Shown here piece by piece: positions 1-12,067 of a DNA stretch of 48,303 nt. This stretch comes from Octopus sinensis (taxonomy: Eukaryota): the NCBI RefSeq assembly GCF_006345805.1, contig NW_021834449.1, positions 1 through 48,303 of the forward strand, read 5' to 3'. The position numbers and the translations under genes were made by a program. The notes below the pieces were generated by a model. The model worked only from the letters and a program-made list of their open reading frames with translations, made no database searches and was not told where the DNA came from. Within the stretch, counting starts at the first letter, position 1, and every line of letters begins with the position of its first letter.

Positions 1-15
1 TATATATATATATAC

Positions 16-47
<32 letters not shown>

Positions 48-254
48 TATACATACATATATTCATACTACATGCATACTCAAAAAATAAGTAAATAGTA
101 AATATATATACGCGAGTTATTCATACATGCATACTCAAAAATAAATATTAAGTATATGTACGTGCGTTACCTATTATATAGACGGATACATACATATAAT
201 AAACTTACACACATAGATATATATATATATAATATAATAAACTTACACACATAG

Positions 255-304
<50 letters not shown>

Positions 305-390
305 ATATATATACACATACATATATACACACATACATATAAATATATACATACACACATACACCTACATATACACATACACATACATAC

Positions 391-425
<35 letters not shown>

Positions 426-686
426 TAATACACACACACCCACACACATACACATACATACACAGACATACATATATATACATACTTATACATGTACATA
501 TAAATACACACATAGATAACTCTACATACCTACACATACATAAACACACGAGCGTACGCGCATATGTACATATACCCATGCACACGCATATATATACATA
601 CATACATACACATACACACATGCATACACACACACTCACATACACATAATATACATACACATATATACACACATATATATATATGT

Positions 687-748
<62 letters not shown>

Positions 749-1106
749 TATATACATGTGTGCAAACATACATACATTCTCATACAAGTACACACACACT
801 TACATTTACATATATACACACACTTACACACATAATCAACCCGGGACCTACATATATATATATGTATATATAATATATATTTATATATATATTATATATA
901 TAGTATACTATATTATATATATAATATATATATGTATATATATTATATATATATTATATATATATATATATATATTATATATATTTATAATGTATTATAA
1001 TATATATTATATATATATATATAGATATTATACATATATATAATATATATTATATATATATATATATGTATTATATATATATATTATATATAGATATATA
1101 TATATT

Positions 1107-1154
<48 letters not shown>

Positions 1155-1329
1155 CATATATTATATATATATATTATACATATATATATATATATTATAC
1201 ATATATAATATATATATATATATATTATATATATAATATATATATATATTATACATATATATATATTATACATATATATTATATATTATATTATATATAT
1301 ATATATATTATACATATCTATATATTAAC

Positions 1330-1362
<33 letters not shown>

Positions 1363-1890
1363 ATATATATAATATATGTATATTTATATATTATATATAT
1401 ATAATATAATATATATTATATATTATATATATATAATATCATAATAATTTATATATATCTATAAATATATATATATATATTATATAGATATATATATATA
1501 TATATATAATAATATATATATATATATATTATATCTATATATATATAATATAATATATATATATAATATAATATATATATAATAATATAATATATATATA
1601 TATATATATATAATATAATATATAATATATTATATAATATAATATAATATATATATTATAATATATAATATAATATAATATATATATATATATAATATAA
1701 TAATATAATATATATAATATAATATAATATAATATATATAATATAATATAATATATATATATATATATAATATATATATATATAATATAATATATATATA
1801 TAATATATATTAATATATATATATAATATATATATATATATCATATATATAATATATATATATATATAATATATAGATATATATATTATA
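1..1890. repeat. (TA)n / (TACA)n / (TAA)-mixed microsatellite tract
   Basis: Direct reading; the ORFs here are Y/I/C/V low-complexity artefacts. Confidence 0.97.
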
Positions 1891-1903
1891 TCTGTAAATG
1901 TAA

Positions 1904-2040
1904 TATGTGACAATTATTCGGTAGCCATGATTAAAACTCCAGTATCAGATGCCAAGGTGGAAATCCATGCCGCCCTCTCTTCAGTACCTCGGCATCCAAA
2001 ACTCGGAGTTTTACCATGGCTACCGAATAATTGTCACATA
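1904..2040. repeat. Hairpin / inverted repeat (MITE-like or repeat terminus)
   Basis: tatgtgacaattattcggtagccatg (1904-1929) is the exact reverse complement of 2015-2040. Imperfect pairing continues inward (aaaactcc/ggagtttt, gatgccaaggt/acctcggcatc). Confidence 0.8.
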
Positions 2041-2138
2041 ATACATTTATAGATAAATTTCCCCATTTACATAATATTGAGGTCTTTTTCTTTGTATTGT
2101 TATCTTACCGTTTTTATCAATATATATAAACTTAGATA

Positions 2139-5100
2139 TGTTTCGACCAAAGATTGGTCCAGGCCATGTCTAACTTAATAGCACCACCTGATAGGATTAT
2201 TTGAATCCTGTTTAAGTCAAGTTTTGTTTATTGTCCATTCAAGTAGTGAGTTTTTGTTGGTTGAGTTGTATCCAATTATGGGTGGCTTATCTGGTATTCT
2301 TTGAAGGAATCTATCCAGACTCCGTTTAAAGTTGATGGGATACTTTTCCTCTTTGATCTCTTTCGGGACAATGTTAAATAGAGCAGGGCCTGTTGGGGAA
2401 AAGAAATTATGTTGCAGTGTACATGTATGCTGTGATCTTGAATTGGGCAGGGGACGTATGGCCCGTGGTCCCAGTCTTGGATGAACCTTGAAGCTAATGT
2501 TCAGGTCGTTTGGGCAAAGTTGGCGGTATATTCTCCACATCGTACGAATGATGTACCGCTCACGGCGACGCTGGAGAGAGTAGAGTTTCAAGGCTTTAAG
2601 GCGATCCCAATAATCGAGAGCAGCCATGCCTTCAATTCGTTTAGTGAGTGCCCTCTGGGGTGATTCAATCCTCGAGATGTTTTGTCTTGTATGGGGAAAC
2701 CACAGTGGGCAGCAGTATTCGAGGTGTGGCCGTACAAAGGAGGAGAAAAGTGGTATGATGACACCTTGTTCTCTGGACCAGAAAGTTCTTAAGATCCAGG
2801 AACTCATCCTACGAGCTAAATTGACCTTCTTGTTGATGTGTGCACTCCAACTGAGATCGTCATCAACAATTACACCCAGGTCTCTGATATTGTTAGAGGC
2901 TGTGAGCGGTTACCCTGAAGGAAGAGAGTATGGCTGTTTTAGTGAGGAATTTCTTCCAAAATGCATCAGCTCAAATTTTCCCTCGTTCAGTTGCATTTTG
3001 TTTCTGTCTGCCCATTGACTCACAGCATATAGATCAGACTGGAGTTGAGTTCAGTCTGCTTCTTCATTGATGATTTGTCGGAGCTTAGTGTCATCAGCAA
3101 ATATTTTCACTTTGCAGTAATGTACGACACTGGAAAGGTCATTTATGTAAATTATGAAGAGTAGCGGACCAAAGACAGTCCCCTGGGGGACACCGCTGGT
3201 GACTTTTGCTGGGCTTGAGTGGACTCCATCAACTACAACATGTTGTGTTCTATTCGCCAGGAAATACTTAATCCAGTGTAGAACTGGATTCCAACATTTG
3301 CCAATTTTGAGAGTAGGATATTATGGTCTACCCTGTGACATCAGAGTTCGAACCTGTTCCCAAGGCTTTGAGTACATCTTCAATGTGGTGTAAGAGCTGT
3401 GTTAGACAGTCCCTGCCACAGTGAAAGCCATGCTGATTTGCATTTAGAAGTTTGTGGATCTCCAGGAAGTCAGCTATCCTTGATCTTAACACTCTTTCAA
3501 ACACTTTAATGAAGTGGGAAGTGAGTGAGATTGGGCAATAGTTGAGTGCGAGGGATCTGTTTCCCTGTTTGAAAAGCGGGATGACTGACTGGGATAGAAA
3601 CTGTTTCGGTATATAACCTGCATCTAACAAATTTCTCCAGAGATTGGTCAGAGGGACTGCAAGTTGGTGTCTACATTCCTTCAGGAGACTAGCGGGGAAT
3701 CTATCAGGGCCTACAGCAGAGTAGTATTTGACCTCATTTATTGCTGCTATGATGTCAGTGGCAGTGAAGGTTATGTCTGAGATTTTATGTTGGGAGTCAA
3801 ATTCGTTCGCTTCTCTTACGTCAATATCAGTGGGAACACTGAAGACAGAGCAGTATTGTTTCTGCAATATTTCTGCCATTTCTTTAGCATCGTGTTGGGG
3901 AATGCTGTTATCATCAATCAATGGCCCAATGGGTGAGACAGTGGTTCTATGCTTATTTGCATAAGAATAGAACACTTTTGGGTTCTGTTTGATGTTTTTG
4001 ATTACCCACTGTTCCTCCACAGCTCTTTGATTTTCAATGGAGGTTTTCATGTCAGTCTGCAGATGAAGTTTTTCCAGTTCTAGCCTTTTCATTGTTGTTG
4101 AATGTGGATGTTGTGTGTGGGAATATTTTAATTGGTTGATTTTTTTGTTGAGTCTTTTGATGAGCCTGATGAGTGTTTTTTTCTTTTTAGGGAGCCGGTT
4201 TCTGTTTGTGTTAGTAGATTTCATGTGAGCGTGTCTAGAGCATGTAGGTGACTATGTTTTCAAAGTGCTGCCATGCGGTCTCAATATGGGTGGAATTGAG
4301 AGTAAAAGATCAGTCGATGAAAGACAGATCCTTTCTGATTGCTCCCCAGTCCGCTTTGTGGAAGTTTATGTTGTCAAATGAGTGCCATAGAGTGGGATTG
4401 GCTGGTTTGGTTTTTATATGTCGGGAATTAAAATTGCAGAGTACCATGTCATGGTCTGAGAGGAGAGGTTTTTCAACTGATATGCTGTGAACGAAGCTAG
4501 AGTGATTGGTCAATACCAGATCCAAGATCGTTTTATTCTGTCTCGTTGGTTCGAGCACTAGCTGAGTCAGGAAGTATTCATCCATCAGATTAAAGAGTTC
4601 TGCTGCTGCTCTATCTGATGTAGAGCATTTGCCTAACTTCAGAGTATTTGTGGGCCAGTTCACATGAGGGAGGTTAAAATCACCCATCACTAGTATGTTT
4701 CCGGAGTTGTACTTCCAAAGGAAGGACTTGACTTTGCTAAGGCACTCTTCAAAGCACTTTAGAGGTGCTTGAGGAGGCCTGTAAAGACCAACAATGATTA
4801 TGTCCTTGGCATCAAGTGAAAAGGAGTCATGGATAAAGATGGCTGTCCTCCCTTATTTCGGTCTGTGCGGTCCGCACGAACAATGGTGAAATCTTTTATT
4901 TTCACCTCGGCGTCCATATGGGTGTTGTTCAGGTGAGTCTCGGTAAGGATAAAGAAAGGGAAGCAATGTGCCGTTTCGGCAAGCCAACTCTCTATATATG
5001 GGATCTTCCATTTTTGGGCAATAACTGATGGGTTGATGCCACATACATTTAACAGGAATGTCGAGGTAAGGGAAGTTTGATGTTTGCATTGTTCTAAGTT

Positions 5101-6230
5101 ATGTTTTATGTTGTTCAGTGGTAGTTCTTGTATGGAGCTGTGTGTGTATGATTTTCTTGTTGGTAGTGGGTGTGTGGTCCTTGTGATTTGCATAGGTGGT
5201 TGCTGATAGCTCGTTGGATCTCCTGGCTTAGGTCGGCCTTCATATTTTCTAGGTAAGTCAGTAAAAAAGAGTTACCTCTTTGGGTTGCCACTTGGTCAGA
5301 GGATACATATTTCATGTTGGTGTTATTTGATGTTATGGTTTTTTCATGGTTCTGTCTACGTTGTTTGATTGTAGGAGGGGAAACGTGGTTGTATTTTGTT
5401 TGTGTTGTTGTCGTAGATCTTCTCTGTTGCTGTTTATATTTATTTTGCGATCATTTTGTGCCCTTCAGATGGTGGTGGTGGTTGCATTCTGGGTTCAGGC
5501 ACATCCTTAGTGACACAGTTTAGGATGGAAGAAGGTGCATCCATTGCCTTTTGTGCATCCATATTTGAGATCAGGACCATGGACTCTGTATTTAGGACAG
5601 TATTTGGGGTGGAGGTGAGGGCAGTTTTTTCTCCGTTATACCATATGGACAAGTGCCCTTAACAAGTCTACGACATAAGGTAGGATGGAAAAAAGCACAG
5701 CGTCCCTTGTTGTTGGTGCCGCTGGGGTCAAATCTACAGTTGCCTTGTGAATAGTAATGGCAGGGTGTTTTATGTGGGTGTAGTAGTGGTTTTTCTATTC
5801 TGGCTGTAGTAGCAGTAGCAGAGTGTTGTTGTTGTTGCTGTAGCAGCAGTGAAACTTGACCTGCAAAAGTAGGGCAGGGTGGAATCGGGTCAGGTACTGG
5901 TTCCAATGTAGTAGCAGAAGCAGGCTGTTGTTGTGATAGTGAATTCTGGCTTGCCAAGGTAGTGTTGGTTGGAATGGGCGGAATTAGGTCAGATGTTTGT
6001 TGAAGTGACCCCTGACATGTTGGAGTTGGGTCATTTGGTGCACTACATTCATTGACAAGGATGGCTTCTAGTGTTGCCATGTGCGTGTGGAAAATAGGAA
6101 ATGTTCTTACAATCTCTTTAATTTTATTTTTGATCTATTTTACAGATCTGTGAAAGGATTGTTTTGCTAATTTTTCAGCTATTTTACTGTAAACATTAGC
6201 TTCGTTGTGGTGAGTGTATATATTTACTAG
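2139..6230 (-). mobile_element. Near full-length CR1/Jockey-group LINE (ORF1 + APE-RT ORF2), frameshifted
   Basis: APE endonuclease motifs FFILTETHL, GDFNLP, LDLVLTN and SDH (4310-5190). RT motifs GPDRFP, YCPISLTS and QHGF (3328-4224). C-terminal VRPHLEYC and LKLYSLQRRRER (2217-2807). Cys/His-rich ORF1 at 5440-6080. Tail motif at 2139-2188. The 5' boundary is approximate. Confidence 0.93.
5450..6080 (-). pseudogene. LINE ORF1 remnant with tandem CCCH-like zinc fingers
   Basis: Across frameshifts it reads CHYYSQGNCRF..GRCAFFHP / TLCRRLVKGTCPYG..KNCPHLHP / KYCPKY..GCTKGNGCTFFHP / KLCH..HLKG. Confidence 0.7.
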
Positions 6231-6234
6231 AACC

Positions 6235-6790
6235 GAATGGGCCTTAGAGTCAACCTACCAAAATCCAAAGTCTTAAGTAGGAAGGCAGACAAACCACAAA
6301 TCTCTACAGAAAATGTATAGGTAGATCCCTACAGAAAAAGGCGTAGGTAGATACCAGTGCAAACTATGGAAGGCTAACTGAAATAGTTTTTGTGTTTGGC
6401 AAATGCTCAAAAGCAATAAACACTGAAAATGTGCAGAAAACTGCTTCCGTTACCTAGAAGACCAAGTCAGTTGATGGGGTGGATGCTCTGAAAGTGTAGC
6501 TGCTAGAATAAGACCATAACCATGGCCTATGCCTGTGCAGCATAACCAGCCCATTTAAGAGTACCCTTCTATCATTGGGCAATAAACTATGCTTGCGAAG
6601 ACCTGTTGAGGCAAGCGAAATCAATGTTGTGGCCGATGACAGTACCACCTGGCACATTAAAAGCACCATTTGAGTGTGGTCATTGCCAGTACTTCCTGAC
6701 TGGCCTTCATGCCAGTGGCACATAAAAAGCACACACTACACTCTCGGAGTGGTTGGTGTCAGGAAGAGCATCCAGCTGTAGAAACCCCTC
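6235..6790 (+). mobile_element. Internally deleted RTE LINE 3' fragment
   Basis: Patchy identity to the RTE at 47860-48240 (ggccttagagtcaaccta, ggaaggctaact, tgaaagtgtagctgctagaataaga), then the family 3' region (tggcacataaaaagcac, gcatccagctgtagaaacc). Confidence 0.75.
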
Positions 6791-6814
6791 ACACCTAACC
6801 TACATTGACATTCT

Positions 6815-6935
6815 AAGAATAAACTATCACAACATTGAAACTTCAAAGCTGTAAGATAATGTATGATTAATTGAAAATAATTTGAGCGCAAAAAGTATTA
6901 CATTTAATAGATTAATCTGAACACTAAAGGGTTAA
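6815..6935. mobile_element. piggyBac-like MITE remnant (right end ctaaagggTTAA)
   Basis: Similar to 14800-14924 and ends in aaagggttaa. Confidence 0.5.
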
Positions 6936-7292
6936 ACCAGAATTCTGCAGAGAGCTAAACCAGCAGATTGTGAAGAATATGTTGAGTTTTTTGATTTAGT
7001 CAAGTTTTGTTAATTTCATATTATGCCATTTTTCCATGATTCCCTTTCATTTGACCTAGATATTGATGCATATGAGTTTTTTTTGTTTTTTTTCCAAATA
7101 TAATTCTGGAGAATTGAAGAGGCAAATTTACTTTATCTTTTCTTACTCATTTTGACCCATCTAAATTTGTCATTTATATGCTCAAAGAAAATGGAGGTAA
7201 TTTTCTGAAATAGTGTTCTGAATTTCTTATAGTGTTTTTAATGCATTTAGAGAAGGTCATTTGCTTAGCTGATGTAGTTTTTGTTAGATACT

Positions 7293-7710
7293 CTCTTTTT
7301 TATTCTTTTACTTGTTTCAGTCATTTGACTGTGGCCATGCTGGAGCACCGCCTTTAGTAGAGCAAATTGACCCCAGGACGTATTCTTTATAAGCCTAGTA
7401 CTTATTCTATCGGTCTCTTTTGCCTAACCACTAAGTTACGGGGATATAAACACACCAGCATCAGTTCTCAAGTGATGCTGGGGAGACAAACACAGACACA
7501 CAAACATACACACACACACATACATACATAAATATATATATATATAACGACAGGCTTCTTTGAGTTTCCATCTACCAAATCTACTAACAAGGCTTTGGTC
7601 AGCCAGAGGCTATAGTAGAAGACATTTGCCCAAGGTGCCACGCAGTGGGACTGAACCCAGAACCACGTGGTTTGTATGCAAGCTACTTACCACACAGCCA
7701 CTCCTACGCC
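7293..7710 (-). mobile_element. tRNA-derived SINE (cephalopod type)
   Basis: Minus-strand head GGCGTAGGAGTGGCTGTGTGG with B box GGTTCTGGGTTCAGTCC, internal CA/TA microsatellite, tail GGCGGTGCTCCAGCATGGCC..GACTGAAACAAGTAAAAG. Homologous to 11683-12067 and 26648-27060. Confidence 0.9.
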
Positions 7711-7859
7711 TAGGAACATTTATAAAAATATTTCTTCTGAAAATCAAAGATGCAGTAAATGTTACTCACTGGGCCTCACCACCCCTTCTGGTAAGAGGTA
7801 AAATAGACTTTCGGAATATTTATTATTACAGCCAGGGTATTTATTATGACAACAAAGTT

Positions 7860-8715
7860 TACCTGTCACACTTCTCGGTCTACCATCACTGTTTTGAGGT
7901 CCTGGATATATTCCAGGCCAGTGTCTGCAATCACGTTGTCAATGTGGGATGATGTTTTCCTCTGCTTACATTACCACAAAGTGGGTTCCACAAGACTAAT
8001 TTGGATGCTCCCAGCTTAGGGTCGCGCATGCAGTGATCAGATAGTCACAGCCATCTTTGTGTTATCTTCTCATTAACCTCCAGCAGGTTTCCATAAAGGC
8101 AATTCATTTGGCATATGTTGCTGCCATTTGTAGCATCCATTCATTTGATAATTTCTTTGTCAGTGTCCATATTTCATTGCCATATAATAGCACTGATTCA
8201 ACAGTTGCAATGAACAACTTCATTTTGATTTGCCTGGGCAATTTCATGTTCCAGAGTTTCTTTAGTTTGTGATAGGGTGTCCATGCTTGTATCTTTCTGA
8301 TCTTCTAGTTTGCTTCCAAACTGCTCATCCAACAACCTAAGTACTTGAAGTCTTCAGTAACATTCAATTTAGAACCACTCAGAGCAAACAGTTCAGTATC
8401 ACTTGATTGGTTGAAAGAGATGTATTCCATTTTCTTGACATTTGTGTGCAGTCCTATCTTAGCAGCTGAAGCTTTTACGCTGCTGAACAGCTGTTGAGCT
8501 TGATCCATTAGATAAGAGTGCTGTATCATCTGCGAAGTTCAAGTCTGTGATGGTTACAGCTGGCACTCTCCATGATCATTGCTGGCCTACCATAAAACCA
8601 AGGTCTTCTCAATGCTGTCTATTGGATTACGCATTGCGAAATCCAATACAATTGCAAACAGGTAAGGTGCAAGCATATCTAGTTGTAGCATCCCAGCTAG
8701 TATTTCAAAGAATTC
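7860..8715 (-). mobile_element. RTE/RTEX-like LINE, RT C-terminal half
   Basis: EFFEILAGMLQLDMLAPYLFAIVLD (RT domain 4), AAKIGLHTNVKKMEY and FKYLGCW, with many stops. Confidence 0.8.
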
Positions 8716-8739
8716 AGAGTGCCAAAAATTGATTGAAAG

Positions 8740-9245
8740 AGGGAAAAACTGCTGGCTCTAATGAAATTCCCCCTGAAGTTATCAAGAGGTGCAATTGGAT
8801 GAAATAATACTGGATTTTGTGAATAAGCTGTCGCAGAACCAAGCATGTCCAGATCAGTGGTCTGAAATTAACTTGATATTAATCCCAAAGTCAGGAAACT
8901 TCAGTAATGTAACTACAGTGGTATTGCACTGTCCAATATCTCACTCAAAGTCATCAGCTGAATGATCCTCAACGGGATTCAACTGGTGCTTGATATCCAT
9001 CTAAGACCAAATCAAAATGTATTTAGACCAGGGAGAGCCACAACATCTCAGAGCTTAGCCCTGAATCATATCATAGGAGTCAAATCGAGACTGCTACCTT
9101 CATGGGCTTCAGCAACAGGTTTGGCACACCCATTGTTACAAAATATTGAAGATCCTTCAAAACTAGTTCTTGCTACTGTGAAGACCTGTAAGACCAGAAA
9201 TCGTTTATCATCATCTGATGGAAAAACAGAATTCTTTCAGAATAG
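8740..9245 (+). mobile_element. RT N-terminal half of the same LINE type in the opposite orientation (5' inversion)
   Basis: GKTAGSNEIPPEV, LILIPKSG, MILNGIQLVLDIHLRPNQNVFRPGRATTSQ, ending at SDGKTEFFQ, where the minus-strand half begins. Confidence 0.75.
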
Positions 9246-9629
9246 CTGTCCCATATGTTGGAATTTTGCAAATTTTATCAGGATTTTCCCTTTTTGTTCA
9301 TGCATCGCAAAACAATGAAGGGAGGCTTTTTTAAAACAAAATTTTTAAAAATCCATGTCTTTTCAATATTTGTCTCTCCCCTCACACAAACACATTTATC
9401 ATACTTTTGGAACAACCACCACCACCATTAAAGTGATGTATTTTGCTTTTTTGTAATTTTCTATCATTTTATCATTTTCTACATTTTGAAACATTTGTAA
9501 CTCGCATTAAAGAAAAAATCTTACCCCTTCTTCCCTCCTTCATTGTACCTTTTCCAAAATTTTCATTCATGTGCAGGGGAGGGGACCCGAATTTGAAGTA
9601 CCTTGCACCCCCCATGGTTTAAATCCGAT

Positions 9630-9983
9630 CCTGTTCATCATACCAAGTTCATTGTGCAAAATATTCTCAACTCTCTCACAGAATATGCCAATAGAATTGG
9701 CTATTTAATTCATAGTCAATCTCGTTTCATCCATTACCATGTGGTGAACACAATCAAAATTTTCCTTGGTGGCGGCAGTTGCAAGACAGCCAGACCTTAG
9801 GTCATCTTCAAGACTCTCCATTCCCCTCATAAATTAAGCTGGCCACTTTTGCAAAGTTGATAAAGATGGAGCATCATCCCTTAATGTAGCAACCATGTCA
9901 GCAATGTCAGCATGAATGTCCATAGGGACTAAACCCTTTTTCTGCAGGTACTTGGTAACATCACAATGCCAAATCTTGTCCAT
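9630..9983 (-). pseudogene. mariner transposase N-terminal (HTH) remnant
   Basis: Translates MDKIWHCDVTKYLQKKGL..DDAPSLSTLQKW..F.RGMESLEDDLRSG..ATKENFDCVHHMVMDETRLT..IANSIGI..ERVENILHNELGM, with in-frame stops. This matches the mariner pattern SLEDDxRSGRP. Confidence 0.85.
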
Positions 9984-10411
9984 TTTCAAGAGAAGTCACT
10001 ACTAGTAACTTTCAAAGTGTTCTTTGAACAGTCAGATGTCAGTTTACTTGGAAAGAAACAATGCAGTTAACAAGAGGAGTTGAAATTAATGCATGCAAGA
10101 TTTCACAGCTCTAGCTTCACTCCTTCATAGTCAGCCTATGAACTTTTCAGCCCACCCTCATACACACACACACACTACTAGGTTATCCAATCTGCCAGAT
10201 TTAGCAGCCTTATCTCTCAAATTATATCTTATCTACTACCTTAAAAAGTGAGGACAGACACAGCTGGAATGGTTTTGAATCATAGGTATACTGGATCAGG
10301 GCTAACCTGGGGCTGAATAACAACTACATTCTTTCCAAAGGCACCAATTACATACACTCACACTAGGTGAAACTAACCATGGAAGTTTTATCAAATGTCT
10401 CAATTACTTAC

Positions 10412-10533
10412 ACTCTCTAATATCATAACGCATCTGCATACCAAAAACAGACAAGGTATCTGTTCCAGTGCGATTGGACCGCAATTTGCCATTGTGTATA
10501 ATGTATTGAATAGCCTTTAGATATTCCATTTCA
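10412..10533 (-). CDS. TYMS: Thymidylate synthase, second coding exon (122 bp)
   Basis: Acceptor ttcttctgatttcAG, then T GAA ATG GAA TAT.. = [40 protein letters not shown], then donor GTAAGT. This aligns with human [40 protein letters not shown], including the RTG motif. Confidence 0.95.
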
Positions 10534-11682
10534 CTGAAATCAGAAGAAACATAAAGGAAATTGTAAGCTTTGGTCTAATTGTCAGGGATAGAATTGTTAA
10601 TGGCAAATAAATAATGAAGCTATTACCAATGGTTGTTAATTAAATTATTGCACTACTGTATTGATTAAAAGTTAACAATAAATCATTAATCTCACCAAAT
10701 AATCCAAGTACTGAACACAGTATATATTATAAACAACAATTTGAGCACGCCAACAGCACTAGATGGGGTACAAAAAGCTAAAAGTGGCTTTTTATGTACA
10801 TTTGCAATCAACTTAGTTCATAAGCAAAATCTATCTAGGAATCCATTTTTGAGCTCAAATCTGATGAATTTTCAAGTGGTTTTGACTTCCAATGACTTTT
10901 ACATTAGGTGTCAAGATAAGAGTATAAGATCTATAATTCTTGTCTGTTTTCATGACAGTAGCAATTCTTTTAAATAAAAATCAACAACATATACTTCTAT
11001 ATTTAATATGGTCTAAAATCATATATACATTATGAGCTTTATAGTTATGTCTTTACTAACAACTGAATAAGATTAAAAGGAAACCAGTCTGTTTGATAAG
11101 CACTGTATCAATTCACTATAGTGTACTAATTAGTAATCTGTTTAGAAAACCAGCAAATGAATTTTCTACATTATTACTGAATGGAATTTAGAAGACTAAC
11201 ATTAATTTTGAATGTGAAACGAATTAATTTTTGTTTTCAGAGAATAAAGCATTATACAGTTTGACTAAAGTTGTTGATTTAGAATCAAGTAAGTTTATTT
11301 ACGTTCATGGAAATTACTAAGATCTTCACAAAATATTTTACAATTCTCAAGATTCCAATTATAGTATTGCAGTTTAGTTAGTGGGGAAGGAACTAGAATA
11401 TGTACTTGAAAAAAATGAAAAAGACTATAAGAGCTTCCTTCAAGAAATTTTAATAGGTAAAAAAGGTGGCTTAAATGAAAAAAAATCCAAATCTTAATTT
11501 TGCATTTGAAATTCCTCACAAGGGCAACTCTACAGCTGAAGAAAAACCTATTGTAAGTAAAGCACACAAAAAAAATCACTCGATGAGCTGGGAAGGAAAC
11601 AACTGAAACATATACACTGTGGAATAGTGTAAAAGATGAGGTAATGAATGAACAACTTGATGAAGCTAGTTTATTAAGACTG

Positions 11683-12067
11683 CTCTCTTTACTCTTTTAC
11701 TTGTTTCAGTCATTTGACTGCGGCCATGCTGGAGCACCGCCTTTAGTCGAGCAAATTGACCCCGGGACTTATTCTTTGTAAGCCCAGTACTTATTCTATC
11801 AGTCTCTTTTGCCAAACCGCTAAGTGACGGGGACATAAACACACCAGCATCGGTTGTCAAGCGATGTTGGGGGGACAAACACAGACACACACACACACAC
11901 ACATATATATATACGACAGGCTTCTTTCAGTTTCCGTCTACCAAATCCACTCACAAGCATTGGTTGGCCCGGGGCTATAGCAGAAGACACTTGCCCAAGA
12001 TGCCACGCAGTGGGACTGAACCCGGAACCATGTGGTTGGTTAGCTAGCTATTTACCACACAGCCACG
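11683..12067 (-). mobile_element. tRNA-derived SINE
   Basis: Same family as 7293-7710; head, body and tail all align. Confidence 0.9.

Noticed and set aside
167-1913. Many long Y/I/C/V-rich ORFs here and at 39.6-40.2, 42.7-44.3 and 46.6-47.2 kb
   Set aside because: They are translations of (TA)n/(CA)n microsatellites that lack stop codons.
2131-2175. Hammerhead-like GACC..GGTC-GAAAC on the minus strand
   Set aside because: There is no CUGANGA core, and it is better explained as the LINE 3' tail stem-loop.
11300-11420. Exon-like stretch in ORF 11295-11579 (VPSPLTKLQYYNWNLE..FHE)
   Set aside because: Splicing it after the phase-2 ATG exon gives an early stop with either AG, and it has no recognisable homology.
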